NCBI RefSeq assembly: GCF_024521635.1
Contig: NW_026250408.1
Location: 1,054,001-1,118,000 of the forward strand
Source of the DNA: Tricharina praecox
Lineage: Eukaryota
Direction of reading: 5' to 3'
Length of the DNA stretch: 64,000 nucleotides
Shown: in pieces, positions 23,737 through 36,260 of the stretch
Position numbering within the stretch: the first letter of the stretch is position 1
How the letters are laid out: every line of letters begins with the position of its first letter
The notes under the pieces: generated by a model
The model's database searches: none
What the model was told of the DNA's origin: nothing
Seen by the model: only the letters and a program-made list of their open reading frames with translations
Program-made: the position numbers and the translations under genes

Positions 23737-25058
23737 CTAACGCGAAATCCACTGTTCTCCGTAAACTGGCTCGTGCCGCCGTTTATTCATTATCCATTGC
23801 GCCCAATGCACCATGTCGCATTTCGGCACCCAGAGCAAGTTCTCATAATCGTCCCAAACTAGTGAAGCTCCAAAGAGCATGTCGTCGAACTCCAGCTCAT
23901 TCAATAACAGAGGCGTCATGACATTTTTGAAGGATCTCATAAATTCGACAAAACAAACGTCCGGGTGCTCCAGAGAGCATTCATCGTCCAGGTAAAGATA
24001 TTTTCCCGAGAGAGAGTCAATACGTTCGGTGATGAGAATGCAGTTCAGCAAGATCCGAACTGTTCTCAACTGCTCCTTGTGCCGCCTCAGGAACGCCAAA
24101 AACAACCGATGCCAGAATTGAACGCCGCATAGGTTGAGGATCGACAGATTAGGCCAGAAACGCATGATCTCCGGTTTGATGGATTCGCCTTTTAGAATCT
24201 GTCCGCAGCAATGCTCGTGTGGGATCACTAGCTTCCATAATTCGGAAGTCTGATTGACAGATTCATAGTTGCCACCGACCGTCAATTCTTTCAGTTCTGT
24301 AGATTTGGCAATCAATACACCAGCGAATGTCATCCAATCGCTCTCCAGCATGGATGGATCAGGGCCTGTAAAAGTGACTCTCTTCAGTTTCTGCATTGCC
24401 TCAACAGCTCCAGCGGATACCCGTGAACTGTATTGCATTGCTACGGAGTTGATTCTCCCGATATTGAATTCCACAATTTCAGGCCCCCCCTCATTTTTGT
24501 CCACTCTTTTCTTGCATATATAGAGCGCATCCAGCAACCCTGCGATTGCCTGAGCCTGCCGATCCGACCCCATCATCTCGTGGAGAAAAGGATGCGGTTG
24601 GGTGTCAATGGTGATGCCTTTGAGGTTGCTCAGCATAGGGATATAATGCACATGCGCTGTATATAGATATTAGAAACTTCCCACTCCCTCGTCATCTATA
24701 GAGCTGTACTCACCATTCAATTCCTGGACGCAACCGACGATACAATCCTCGGCCTCTAATAGCGGCGTGGTTAGCCCGTAATCATTCCCCCGGAGCACAC
24801 TATTTCCATACCTGTCGGCCATTGAAGCAAGAACGAGTATCCCTTGACAAGCGTACGTAGGCGAGGTGATTCCGCTACATGGTAAAGCCGGCTCATCTCG
24901 CTGCTCTGGACGTAGAGGTGTGCGAATAATAACGGGGTGACCAATGCATCTAGCCTCTTGCACACCAGTCGAACTATTTTTCTATCAAGATCGGGCATCG
25001 ACCATTGCTCCATTATCATGAGAAGCAGCTCGTTAGGTAAAGCCAACAATGACGGCAT
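23737..25058 (-). CDS. F-box-domain protein, lineage-specific type; exons 25058-24812, 24755-24714, 24656-23737
   Basis: N-terminal LLALPNELLLMI...RKIVRLVCKRLDALVTPLLF F-box pattern; two GT-AG introns keep the frame; LRR-like WPNLSILNL stretch downstream. Confidence 0.75.
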
Positions 25059-25860
25059 GGTGATGCAGAGAATAGTAGCAGTAGGTTCGAGGGCTTTGAA
25101 GTCGTGGTTGCGGCGGTAGTGTGCCTACGGGTTGTTAGTATCAGGAAGAAGGAATAGATCCCATCAAGACGAACGAGGTAGCAATATGGGCAGGTAGAGT
25201 CCAGATATCCCTCAAGAGTTCAACCTCGCGACAGCTTTCCAGGTGACGAATTCATCAGCCCTCCCTCCCCTCCAACAAAACAGAGGTCCCTTATCCGGGG
25301 AGCGTACTATCGGCCAGTTATCGGAACGGTCGTCGAGCGGGTCTTCCGTAATTAATAAGTAGCACTGTCAAATGGAATCAAATCCGAGCAAATAACTTTT
25401 CCAGTGTGATTTCCGTTCGAATAGATCCTCCGGTGGACTCGAGGTGTTGAATGGGAGTGTATGATGGTACAAGTACAAGCAATGGCCTGTTACATATGCT
25501 AGCATAGATCTAGCTCAACCCTAAGCCCTGGCTTGCAGCCACCGAGCAGCTGCACAACTACTCTATGTAAATCGACCATAGCCGTTTCGATCTAAAACTT
25601 CTCGATAGCAAGTACATTGTACGAGATTCCAGTTGGTCCATTATTCAAATTTATTTCTTGCAGGTTGAGGAAGCCCACATCCGACCGAGGGACAGCATTT
25701 CAGTGGTGATGGGACTCTCTTCATTACCAATCACATCAGCCCTAGATGACGAGATTGGCAAGGATTCGAAGAAGCCTCCAAAGTGAGGGGTTCCGACGCT
25801 CTTAAGACTGCCAGAAATCCATTCACTCCTCCACGTCGTCAACACGTTCGTCTACATACG

Positions 25861-26904
25861 ATGCCTTCGCTCGCCACGATCCCGACGGAAATCACTCTCC
25901 TAATCACGTCCTTCCTCCCTCCCAACGGCGGCCTCGGCAGCCTCGTTCGCACCAACCGCCACCACTACAACACCCTCAACACCGTTCTCTACAAGCGCGC
26001 CGCCGCCGAACTCGAGCCCCAACACATCCTCGAATGGGCGCTCACCAACGAATCGGAGACAGTTCTTGACGTGCTCCTCGCGCAAGGCCTCGACCTCGAC
26101 GACCCACTTATCCGCGATGACGGCTTCGCAAAACATTGGTACCCTTGGTCGTTTGAGCTCCCCACGCCGCTTCTCGCCGCCGTGGCGGGTGGCAACGACT
26201 GGGCTGTTCTCACCCTCATCAAGAAGGGCGTCAACGTCAACACCTCCAAGGAATTCAACGAGACCCCACTACATCATGCGGCTCGGTGGGGATATACTAG
26301 TCTTATCCGGCCGCTAGTGGAGGCGGGGGCGGACATTGAGGCTCGGACGCTATCCAGCTGGTGCACGCCGTTGTGGGTGGCTAGCCATTGTGCTGGCTGG
26401 GAGGACCCCAGGAGGAAGCGTAACACGCTCGAGGCGATCAGGGAGCTGGTTGCGTTGGGCGCGGACATCGAAGCGAAAGATTTTAAGTCTGATCTGACGT
26501 GCTTGATGGAGGCGATTGAATCAGGATATGTCAAGGCGGTTCCTGTGCTTCTCGGGTGCGGAGCGTCAACCAAAGTTAAGGGGAAAAGGGGTCGCAACGA
26601 GCCTCAACCACTTCATTTTGCGTTGCGCAAGGGATGGTTGGCGACGATTAGGGATTTAGTGGAGCACGGTGCGGACATCGAGGCCACAATTGGCTGTATC
26701 CCGAACATCTACGTTGGTTCGCCTCTCGAATATTTCCATTATGAACGGCAAGAATACATTGATACTCTTGCCCGTACTGGTCGGCAGATTGGGGATATTT
26801 CGCCGCCGATGAAAGATGCGTTCACTGACGAGGGGGTTGAAGAGGTGGTGCGCCTACTCACCCCGAAAACGGGCCGGGAACACACGGAACTGGTTGTTGG
26901 GTGA
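25861..26904 (+). CDS. Ankyrin-repeat protein with an N-terminal F-box-like motif (intronless, 347 aa)
   Basis: MPSLATIPTEITLLITSFL...SLVRTNRHHYNTLNTVLY; ankyrin repeats TPLLAAV...GVNVN, ETPLHHAA...GADIE, TPLWVAS...GADIE, PLHFAL...GADIE. Confidence 0.88.
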   Translation: MPSLATIPTEITLLITSFLPPNGGLGSLVRTNRHHYNTLNTVLYKRAAAELEPQHILEWALTNESETVLDVLLAQGLDLDDPLIRDDGFAKHWYPWSFELPTPLLAAVAGGNDWAVLTLIKKGVNVNTSKEFNETPLHHAARWGYTSLIRPLVEAGADIEARTLSSWCTPLWVASHCAGWEDPRRKRNTLEAIRELVALGADIEAKDFKSDLTCLMEAIESGYVKAVPVLLGCGASTKVKGKRGRNEPQPLHFALRKGWLATIRDLVEHGADIEATIGCIPNIYVGSPLEYFHYERQEYIDTLARTGRQIGDISPPMKDAFTDEGVEEVVRLLTPKTGREHTELVVG

Positions 26905-28764
26905 TTATATGTATTGATTGTGTGAGTTTTGGGGGTCACCATGAGATAGTGGAAAGGGCGCAGGCGGGTGATTTGACGGAATGCGAGACTGCGGGGGTAC
27001 ATATTAGACGGCTGTCGGTACGGTACCGGAAGATAGCTGCTCGATACAGTGTGTGTGTGCCAACAGTAGGCTCTCATTTACCAGGGCCATCATTTAACAG
27101 TGTCCGTCCCCCCATCCATCCGCTGCGGTTCCCAGTATATATCCACAACCAGCACACCCAGAAAACCCCAGGTTTCGCAATCGAATCTGAATCACATTTG
27201 GTGTTTCTCGACCCAACCAACGATTCGCTAGCAACCTGCCTACCTGGTATGTACCAAGTAGCCACTTCCTGGTACCCGTACCTTGCATACGCATAAGTGG
27301 GTACATGTAGATACCACGCTTTCCCAACAGCCGCTGCAGACGCACGCACATCTCTGGTAACTCACCACCACCAACCAAACGTCTTTTCTACTGCATTGGC
27401 ACGTGCAACTGCAGGATCTGTAAGGCATGCGTAGTTCCGCGTGCAAGGCGTTAGGTACATACTTGGTTCGTCCGATATATACTAGTAAACTGTAAATCCC
27501 CCGGATTTTCGAAGGGCATCGTTTTTGGCGGTTTGTTATGGTCGCTTTCTTTGATGGGCATCGAAAGCGCACCAAATCACCATGCAAACCAACACGCGAG
27601 TGATCACCAATGAACATCGCCCCAACCCCATCATCCACTATCCACAGTAAAACAAATATTAATCTTCGCTCATCTCACGTTTCCATGCATCCCTCCTCCT
27701 CCTCCTCTCTGAAACATATGAAAAACAATACAAGTAAACATGATAAACAAAAGAGATAAACAAAAGAGATAACAAAGGAAAAAGTGCGGTCGACAAAAGA
27801 AATAAAACTCCAAAGGTATCATATACATGAATCAAGTACCACATCACTAAAAGTCGTCGTCCCCGGTTGTCAGCTCTCCTCTCCTCTCCTCGTCTTCCTC
27901 GCCAATATTGTTGTGTCTGCATCTCTTCCCGCCATAATCATACACCACACTTGCTCTCCTCTCCTCCTCTTTCACCCCCTCAACTCAACTTCATGCGTGC
28001 AATGCCTCTGCCCGTCCCCAGTGAAGAAAATCCAACCCGCATACCACCGTCTCACCATCGACCCACCACCCTCCTCCACTTCCAACAAACAAAACCCGCA
28101 AAACGCAACGCTGAAATCCAAAGGTCATAAACCGTAACGTCGTTTCGAGAGGTAGGTATGTAGTTGTAAGTTGAAAGTGTAGGTAGTCGGTGGGTAGGTA
28201 AAAAGTAGGTGTGTGGTTGTCGTTGTCGCGTAACATCATTAAATCCGATAATCCCAGCTCAAAAAAGGCTCCCATCAATCCACCCATCCACCCATCCAAC
28301 CAATGCGTCCATGCGTCCGTCCGTCCGCCCTCCAGTCACACCCCCCAGCACGCCAAAGACAAATAGAAAAAAACATTCCCAAGACTCCGGTGTCCTCAAA
28401 CTCTTTTTCTGTTGGTCCTCGGCGTCGGTAGGTAAAGGCCTGTCGGCGTCGTCGTCCACAACGAAAGAAAAAAGAAAGGAAAAACACAACAAACCACCAC
28501 CTGGTATCGGTGGAGTATCGCCACAAAAGAACCGGAAAAGCCCAGCCAATCCGCCAAACACCTCGACCGTATACTTCCATCTTGAGACAACGCATATATC
28601 CGTGTGAAACCCGAAACAATGCGCGTATCCGTCCGAAAAACGGCCCTGTTTCTTCACATCTCAGCTCGACACCGCTGGAAAACACTCACCGTGCTGTCCG
28701 TCCTCAAACCACACCCCTTCGCCGCCTGTCACCATCCACCAGTCTCATAAATTGCACCGTGAAT

Positions 28765-30827
28765 CTAAGGGTTACTTAGCAGTTCAGGCTTAATGTATAT
28801 GTCCTCACCAGCCAGTTCCAGAATGCCAGGGTCCCGCTCCAGCGCCGAGAGGCCAAATATGTCTAGTCCTTCTTGCGAAAACATGAAGTCCTCCCCATGA
28901 ACACTCGCTTGCGAAAATTCTTCCGATGAATATTCACTGGTTGATCCATACTTTCCATTATCGTGCCCTGGGTTTGGTAGCCCAAGTTCCGAGTAATCGA
29001 AGTCGCGAGGCTTGAAATCTTCAGGCTTGAAATCTTCATCGGGTAAGGAGCTTGATGCACAGGAGTTCCGCTTGCTTCCGTCCAACTTCGGGATGAAGTG
29101 TTCGAATTCGTACAGCTCCGGCGGAGAGGTTGGAGGCGTGTAATCGTCTGGCGAATACGGGCGGTGAAGTTCGGGAGACTCTTCCTTCACCGAGCGCCCG
29201 GCCGACGACGCAGAAGAATCGTATTGGTCCTGGTCGAAGTTCGGAGTGCCAGGCGGAGGACTGACACAATCCAATGCGGTTGGTGTACGGGGATCCGACA
29301 CATCTGATCCCGAGGATGACGAAGAGGAATTATCTTGCTCTTGGTCAGAGCTTCCATCCGAGTTTTTTTCCATCTTCATATCCTCAGATCCGTCTTCGTT
29401 CAAAGGTTTTTTTCTCGGCCTGCCGCGCTTGGCAACTTTCTTAACGATGCCCTCGAATGCTCCAATACACATTCCACGCTGGCGATGCCTGGTCAACGCG
29501 TCGTGTCTTGCGAAGGAATTGCCGCATAGGCAGGGATAAGGCTTGATGCCAGTGTGTATCTTGGAATGTCTCTTGAGATCGTGCTGCCGAACAAAGCACT
29601 TTTTGCAAACCGCACATTGGAACTGCCGGTCGCCAAGATGTGTCTGCACATGAGATTTGATGTTTTCCTTGCGTCCGAACCGCTTGTCGCACTCTGGGAA
29701 TTTGCAAACCCACTTGCCATCAGATGGCTCGGGTCCAGAGATAAAGCTTGTGATCTCCTCCATGCTTATGCCGGTAGTCTTGGCGCCGATAGGTTGAGGC
29801 GTGGTTTCCCCACGCTCGCGTCGCTTGAGCGGCATCTCTGTGATGTCGAAAGTGGAGTGCTCGGGAAGGGGCGGGACCTTGATCATGCCGCTCTCGAATG
29901 TCTCCTCGATGACGGTCGACATGGTGTTCTCGAACATGCTCGCGTGACGGGATTCAGTGGGAGACTGCATTGCAGGGAACGTGGGCGATGCCAATGCGGA
30001 CCCCGGCGGAAAGTACGATTCAACGTCATTATTGAGCGGGATGCTCAGAGTAGCCAGATTGATGAAGCTGTTGTGCGGCAAGGGCGCCAAGTCGAAAGTG
30101 CTAAGGCACTGCATCGACGCGCTGTGCGGAGGCGAGGGAAGCGATGAGTTGTTCCTTGGAAATGTTTGGGCGCGTTGCAAATTGTTGTTCTTCAACGCGT
30201 CGGAGCCAAACAGGCTGTTCTGGGGTGCAGATCCACGTCGCATCATCGGGCCATGAGCGTAAGTGTCGAAGGAGAAAAGATCGTCAATAATCTTTGCTGC
30301 ATCATCTGAATGACTGGGCAAGAAATCGGGGAATTGGTTTTGCGCGGCGGACTCTGTGATGATGTTAGAACTAGCACGCGTAATACGATGCACATTCAAC
30401 ACGTACTGGTCTGCCCTTGAGTGGCTTCAGAAGGCGACAGCATGTAGAAACTGTTGCCAATGCTTGCATCTGTCGCCTGTCTGTGCCGGTCTCCACCCCC
30501 ATTCATCAAATCATCCACAGTATTCCTCAGAAGACTCGGCTGATACAGCTTGAAGTTGTCGTGCGCGCCTCCCTCTGGCGCAGCCGAGGCGATGTTCATA
30601 AGCACGTTATCGGGAACCGAATAGTGCCGGCGATGCTGCTGCTTCCGAGGCGCAATTGGCCGTTGAACTCGTCGCATCGTGTCGGGTTTAGCATCGATGA
30701 CTGGATTCTCATTGACGGTGAGTCGTCGCGGTGGACGCTGGATTCGAGAGTTCGGCGATTCCAACATGACGGATGCGAGTCTCGAGTGATGGTTATCCTG
30801 CGACTGAAATGCACGCATGTCAGTCAT
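28765..30827 (-). CDS. ACE2: Ace2/Swi5-type C2H2 zinc-finger transcription factor; intron 30406-30354
   Basis: Fingers CKFPECDKRFGRKENIKSHVQTH, CAVCKKCFVRQHDLKRHSKIH, CLCGNSFARHDALTRHRQRGMC followed by KRGRPRK; the start codon choice is approximate. Confidence 0.88.
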
Positions 30828-31675
30828 GTTTTGGCGACCGAGTGAGCAAAAGCATACCTCGCGATTAATCAACGACGCAAACGACGTGCCTGTAGCCAAC
30901 ACCTCGCTTCTCAAAGGATGTGATAGCTAGCTTGAAGACGCGATTATCTAGGCCAGAGCTGGTTTGTTATTGTGGGTGGTCTGTGATGTTTTGGCTATCG
31001 CAGCTGGCGAGCTCGAGCGTCCGAGAGGGGTCCGGGTTCAGTCGGGATCAATGGAGCCTGTCTAGACCAGTGGGATGTAGTGTCTTCGGGGCGAGTAGGG
31101 GGCGAGGGATGGAACGGGCAGGTATTGTGTTTGTATGTTGTGAAGACAAAGATAGGAGAAGCGCGTCGTGAGAGAAACAAAAGACGAAGTTATATGGGAA
31201 TTTGATGGAGAAATGTTTGTTTGTCTTTTCGGGGAGTATAAGACGAAGAGCGGAATAGCGATAATAACAGGCAGAAGTGAGAAATGGGCTATTGTATGGG
31301 CGGGGGGGATTGTGCTTTTCAGGCGGGTGGATGGGTAGGAACGAACCATCAACAAGTCATAGGCGGCAGAGAGACTATTACCAAATTGGACGAGATAAAC
31401 AACTGGGATGGCCGTTGTCAAGACAACGTGCGAGTGACAGGGGGCAAAGCTAAAAGAGGAGCAACGTCATTTCCCGCGAGCGCTTACGGAGCCGCCAGAG
31501 AAAATTGAGAGATGGATGGAGCCAGGGCGGTCGGAAGCGGAGTAGCGGACACAACCAAGGAGAAGATGGCGAATGTGGCGAGTGTGGCTTGGCCACTGTG
31601 GCTGTGTCAGAGGCCACGTTCACGTGCAAACGCATGAAGCTCTGCCAAGACACACCACCACCACAGCACACACAC

Positions 31676-31690
31676 TAAGCCCTGTGACTG
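31676..31690. promoter_or_regulatory. Homol-D box (TGTGACTG = reverse complement of CAGTCACA) next to an AGCCCT element in a ribosomal-protein promoter
   Basis: taagccctgtgactg about 200 nt upstream of the RPS31 ATG; Homol-D is a known ribosomal-protein gene element in fission yeast and filamentous ascomycetes. Confidence 0.65.
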
Positions 31691-31788
31691 CGAAGAATCG
31701 TCTCTACCCACACTAACACCCCCACCGCATCACGTTCTTACTTATCGACGAGAGTTTCACACTCGACAAACTCCAACCAACATCAAAG

Positions 31789-31851
31789 GTATAGTGCCAA
31801 TTCCAACAAAATCGAATTACGTCCGGTGGCTGACTTATTCGCAATCGACAG
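31789..31851 (+). other. Probable 5'-UTR intron of RPS31
   Basis: aag|GTATAG donor, GCTGAC branch at ~31829, CAG acceptor at 31849-31851; 63 nt long, upstream of ATG 31892. Confidence 0.6.
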
Positions 31852-31882
31852 AAGCATCGTTTGCGGAGCTGCTGGTTGTTGA

Positions 31883-32527
<645 letters not shown>

Positions 32528-33605
32528 GTTCTCTAAAGATTCTGCGGGACGGACTATAGATGAATAAAGTCTGGTTTCGGAGCTACCTTGTACAATCATG
32601 TGATGAATTCTCAAGTGATGAAGATCTTCGCCCACGGCTTGCAGATTTTCCCTTCTCGGTAAGCTTGGAGAGGCGTCGGGGACCGCGAATTTATGGCGGA
32701 CCGAGGGAATCAAGAGCCAGGCCCACTGTCCTAAGGAGCTTGTACATGTAGTCCACCAGTTTCATGCCCAACCTGAACGGCCGACCTGATGCATCCAGGG
32801 AAAATGCTCCAGGTTGATGATGCTCGGTTATGCGGATATCCTGACACCCTTAGATCACGAAGTTTGGTATCCGAGACACCGCTTCCAATACATCTATTTA
32901 TCCTTCTCTGTACCATCAGGATTTCCTTTGCCATGACTTCTAACAGATCTTGGTTTCATCGCTTCCTGTCGGAGCTCGCTAAGCGCGTGCGATGTGCGGT
33001 ATCGTTTCAACCGCGACAACACACCTGAAACGCTGCATGCATGAACCGGCTACCCGAACAGGCCCCGAGCCTTATGACTGAGCGTTATGATGGTTGACAG
33101 CAAGCTCTCAAGCCCCGCGGCTGTCGAAGCTTTTGCGGAACACCAACAACTTTCCGACCAGCAATTATTAGCTCCCGTTTTTGACGTAAGTCACACACTG
33201 TCCAATACCATGGTCCGCGGAGCTTCTAGCGATGGATCTTCATCGTTACGACGCTTCCGTATTCCTCGACGTCGCAGCTGTACGCTGTACGGAATGCCGT
33301 CCCGCCGCTCGCCAGATTATAAAGCAAGCTTTCCAGACGTTCGGCTTCTGGCCTGGCCTATATCTCTCCTCTTGGCTCCACTTTCTTATCCTCATATTTC
33401 TTCTTCTTTGGGTTTGTTAGACTGGATGCTGTTGTTTTGATTGATATACGATTCTTCTTCATTTTCTTCTTCTTCCATTCTTTCAATACGACCTCTACGG
33501 CTTTAATCCCCAATTGCATAGATTGCAACCTCTTTCACATCGCCAACCTTCATCGCCGGCCGGTGAAAACTAATTCCTATTCAATCCAATATACACATCA
33601 TCACC

Positions 33606-34655
33606 ATGCATCTCCTGCCCTTCCTCCTCCTCATCTCCAGCGTCATCGCCGCTCCCCGGCCGCAAAACAACAACAATGCCGCAGCCCTCACCCTCGACCC
33701 CGCCAACGTGCAAGCCGCCTCCGCAGCCACAGGTCAAGAAGGCGGCGACGATCCGGCCCAAGCCGACAGTCTCACGGACGATGCCAACTTCATAAACTTC
33801 TGCACGGGCAAGACGCCCACGAACGGAGCGCAGGTGACCGGTGGCTCGTGCAATGGCATCGTCATGGGGGACATCCCAGACCAGGGGAATATGGTCAGCA
33901 GCCTCATCACGTCCCCAACACCTGGCGAGGATATCGCCGCCGATACGTCATTCACAGTCAACGTGAAGGTGGACGGACTGGTCGCTGGAAGCTTTACTAG
34001 TACCTATTCCACACCTTCCCGACTCACTGGACAGGGACCGTAGTAGCTGACCCGTGTGATGTGAAGATCCGGAGACTACGTACTATGCTGCCCCGCAGGC
34101 CCTCAGCGGCGGAAAGATTGTCGGCCATACACACGTCACCATCCAGAAGCTGAGTGACGACTCGTTCGCGGTGGCTCAGCCACCAGACGCCGCAACGTTT
34201 GTGTTCTTTAAGGGGATCAACGATGCTGGTGATGGAAATGGGAATCTTGCGGCTACAGTGGACGAAGGATTGCCTGCTGTAAGTACATCAGATGTGAAGG
34301 TCGACGAACCATGCTAATGTGACAGGGCTTCTACCGTGTCTGCACAATGACCTCGAGCAGTAACCATCAGCCAGTGTTGATGCCCGTTGCGCAAAGAGGC
34401 GCACAGGACGATTGTCAGAAGTTTTCGGTTGGGCAGGGTCAAGCTGCCCAGGGTCAAGCTGCCCAAGGTCAAGCCGCCCAAGGTCAAAATGGGCAGAATC
34501 AAGCTGGGCAGAATCAAGCTGGGCAGAATCAAGGGCAGAATCAAGCTGGGCAGAATCAAGCTGGGCAGAATCAAGCTGGGCAGGGTCAAGCTGGGGGGAA
34601 CGGCGGGAACGGCGGGAATGGCGGTGGAAATAATGCAAACGCGAGGAAAGCTTGA
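33606..34655 (+). CDS. Secreted Cys-containing conserved fungal protein with a Q/N/G/A-rich repeat tail; exons 33606-33999, 34067-34278, 34326-34655
   Basis: Signal peptide MHLLPFLLLISSVIAAP; NFINFCTGKTPTNG...GSCNGIVMGDIP, YYAAPQ, GHTHVTIQ, FFKGIND, YRVCTMTSSSNHQPVLMPVAQRGAQDDC join in frame across two GT-AG introns. Confidence 0.88.
34431..34592 (+). repeat. 15-bp coding tandem repeats (GQAAQ x3, then GQNQA x~5)
   Basis: ggtcaagctgcccag and gggcagaatcaagct units are directly visible. Confidence 0.92.
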
Positions 34656-35723
34656 GCGTGACGAATGTGCCTATGTATTTATTTATTTTGTTTTATGTTC
34701 TGGTTTACTGGTTTGCTGGTAGTAACGTAATTGATGGAAGAAATCTTCAAATCATTCCTTCGGTACAATGGCAGCGGTTGCATTCAGTATGTACCGGGGG
34801 TCGACCCGTTTCATGCACTGGTGGTTCGCACCCCTCAAGTCTGAATCGTGTATGTACATAGGTGGCACGACCTATCGCTAATTTTGGGTTAAGCTTACTT
34901 TAATCAACCAGTGGTGGAGACGCTGGGCGAACCATGCGGTCAAGTGCGGAAATATGGCAGGATCGCAGTCGACGAAACTTTGTGCCATCACGAGTGGTCA
35001 AAAAAAACTTCCAGCATACATGAAAATTTGTCCACACGTCGTGAGACATCATGATCACTGCTGCATATTATATCACTCGGCTTATTTAAGCGTCCAATGA
35101 GACTTCGCTCCGAATGAAAGGGGGGCCAATCTCAGGGGACACATGCAAAAACTACTTACTTACGTGCTCGTGCCCACCTGAGGTAAAATTGGGATTTGGC
35201 ATACCGCTATCCGATCACGTCAGCGCGCATCTTGTGAAGCCTCGTAGGTAGGTAGCTCAAACAATTGACTTTGCATCCAAACCTGTATCACATGATTATA
35301 GAATGCCGCCGTACGTAGTGCTCGTGAGGACGTCCTTTAAAAGCATCTAGTTATTAGGATAGCCACTTGGTTTGGATACTGTCACAGCAAAGGAGGATCC
35401 TATCGTGTAGTGGTCTCGTTCCATTCGATTGAATAGGTACTTGGGAGTTTGCCGTGTTTGAGCTACCAGAAGATCGTCTGGCTCGTGTCAGCTTCAATGA
35501 AGCCTGCCAACTCTCTACCATTCTCGGTCAACACACCGCTTGGAAGAGCTCAGTCGTCGAGTGACTCCTTGTGAGTGCCAACGTGTTCCACCCACGGGTC
35601 TGCAACTTGAAGTGTGTCTAAAACAGCCCACTCAAGGTGCAAGTGCAAGCGATTCCTCTTCACGCCGAGCTCCCGCCGAGAAGTATTATTTTTGGTTTAA
35701 TCATCGAACTCGCCGAGTAGAGT

Positions 35724-36260
35724 AAGCAATCTGGACAAAGTTCTGGGTGCAGCAAATCGCCCGAGTGATCCGCCATGCATCGGATATCGTCAATGCGCAA
35801 TACTGTAGAGTACCTACCTACTCGTTGCCGATAGGTATATATTTCTATCCCAGTGATCCCGGGGGGCTCAATTCGTGTCGGTCAGGGAATAACCAACTGG
35901 GCTGGTGAACTGCCAGTCTGCCAGACCGACCACCTACCTACCTATGCCTGCACAGTGCACAGTGAACAGTGCACAGTTGCGCCGAGTGATCGCGGCGGGG
36001 GAAGTAGATATACCTACCTAGTACATATTGGCAGCAAGGGTAGATACTGCCAGCATACTGCCAGCATACTACCTTCTAGGAGGTATATACCCATCCCCAC
36101 CCATCCAAATTTCCTCTCACCATACCTTAGATGAAGTACATACCGACCCACCCGACCCACCCGACCACCCGACACACTCGACACACCTAGACCATGATCC
36201 ATCCCCATCACGGGCCCAGTGACCACAGGCGCACCAGATCCGCACTATCCCAGCGCGTTA
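35724..36260 (+). repeat. Left arm of a ~500-bp degenerate inverted repeat
   Basis: Reverse complement of 48450-48918 across ordered blocks, e.g. ccgagtgatc.gccatg, gttgccgata, gtgcacagttgcgccgagtgatcg, tactgccagcatactgccagca, ctctcaccataccttagatgaagtacataccgac. Confidence 0.9.

Noticed and set aside
34431..34592. Regular short repeats resembling a CRISPR-like array (also 12161-12223 and 41208-41259)
   Set aside because: Head-to-tail tandem repeats without unique spacers, in a eukaryotic genome with no cas genes
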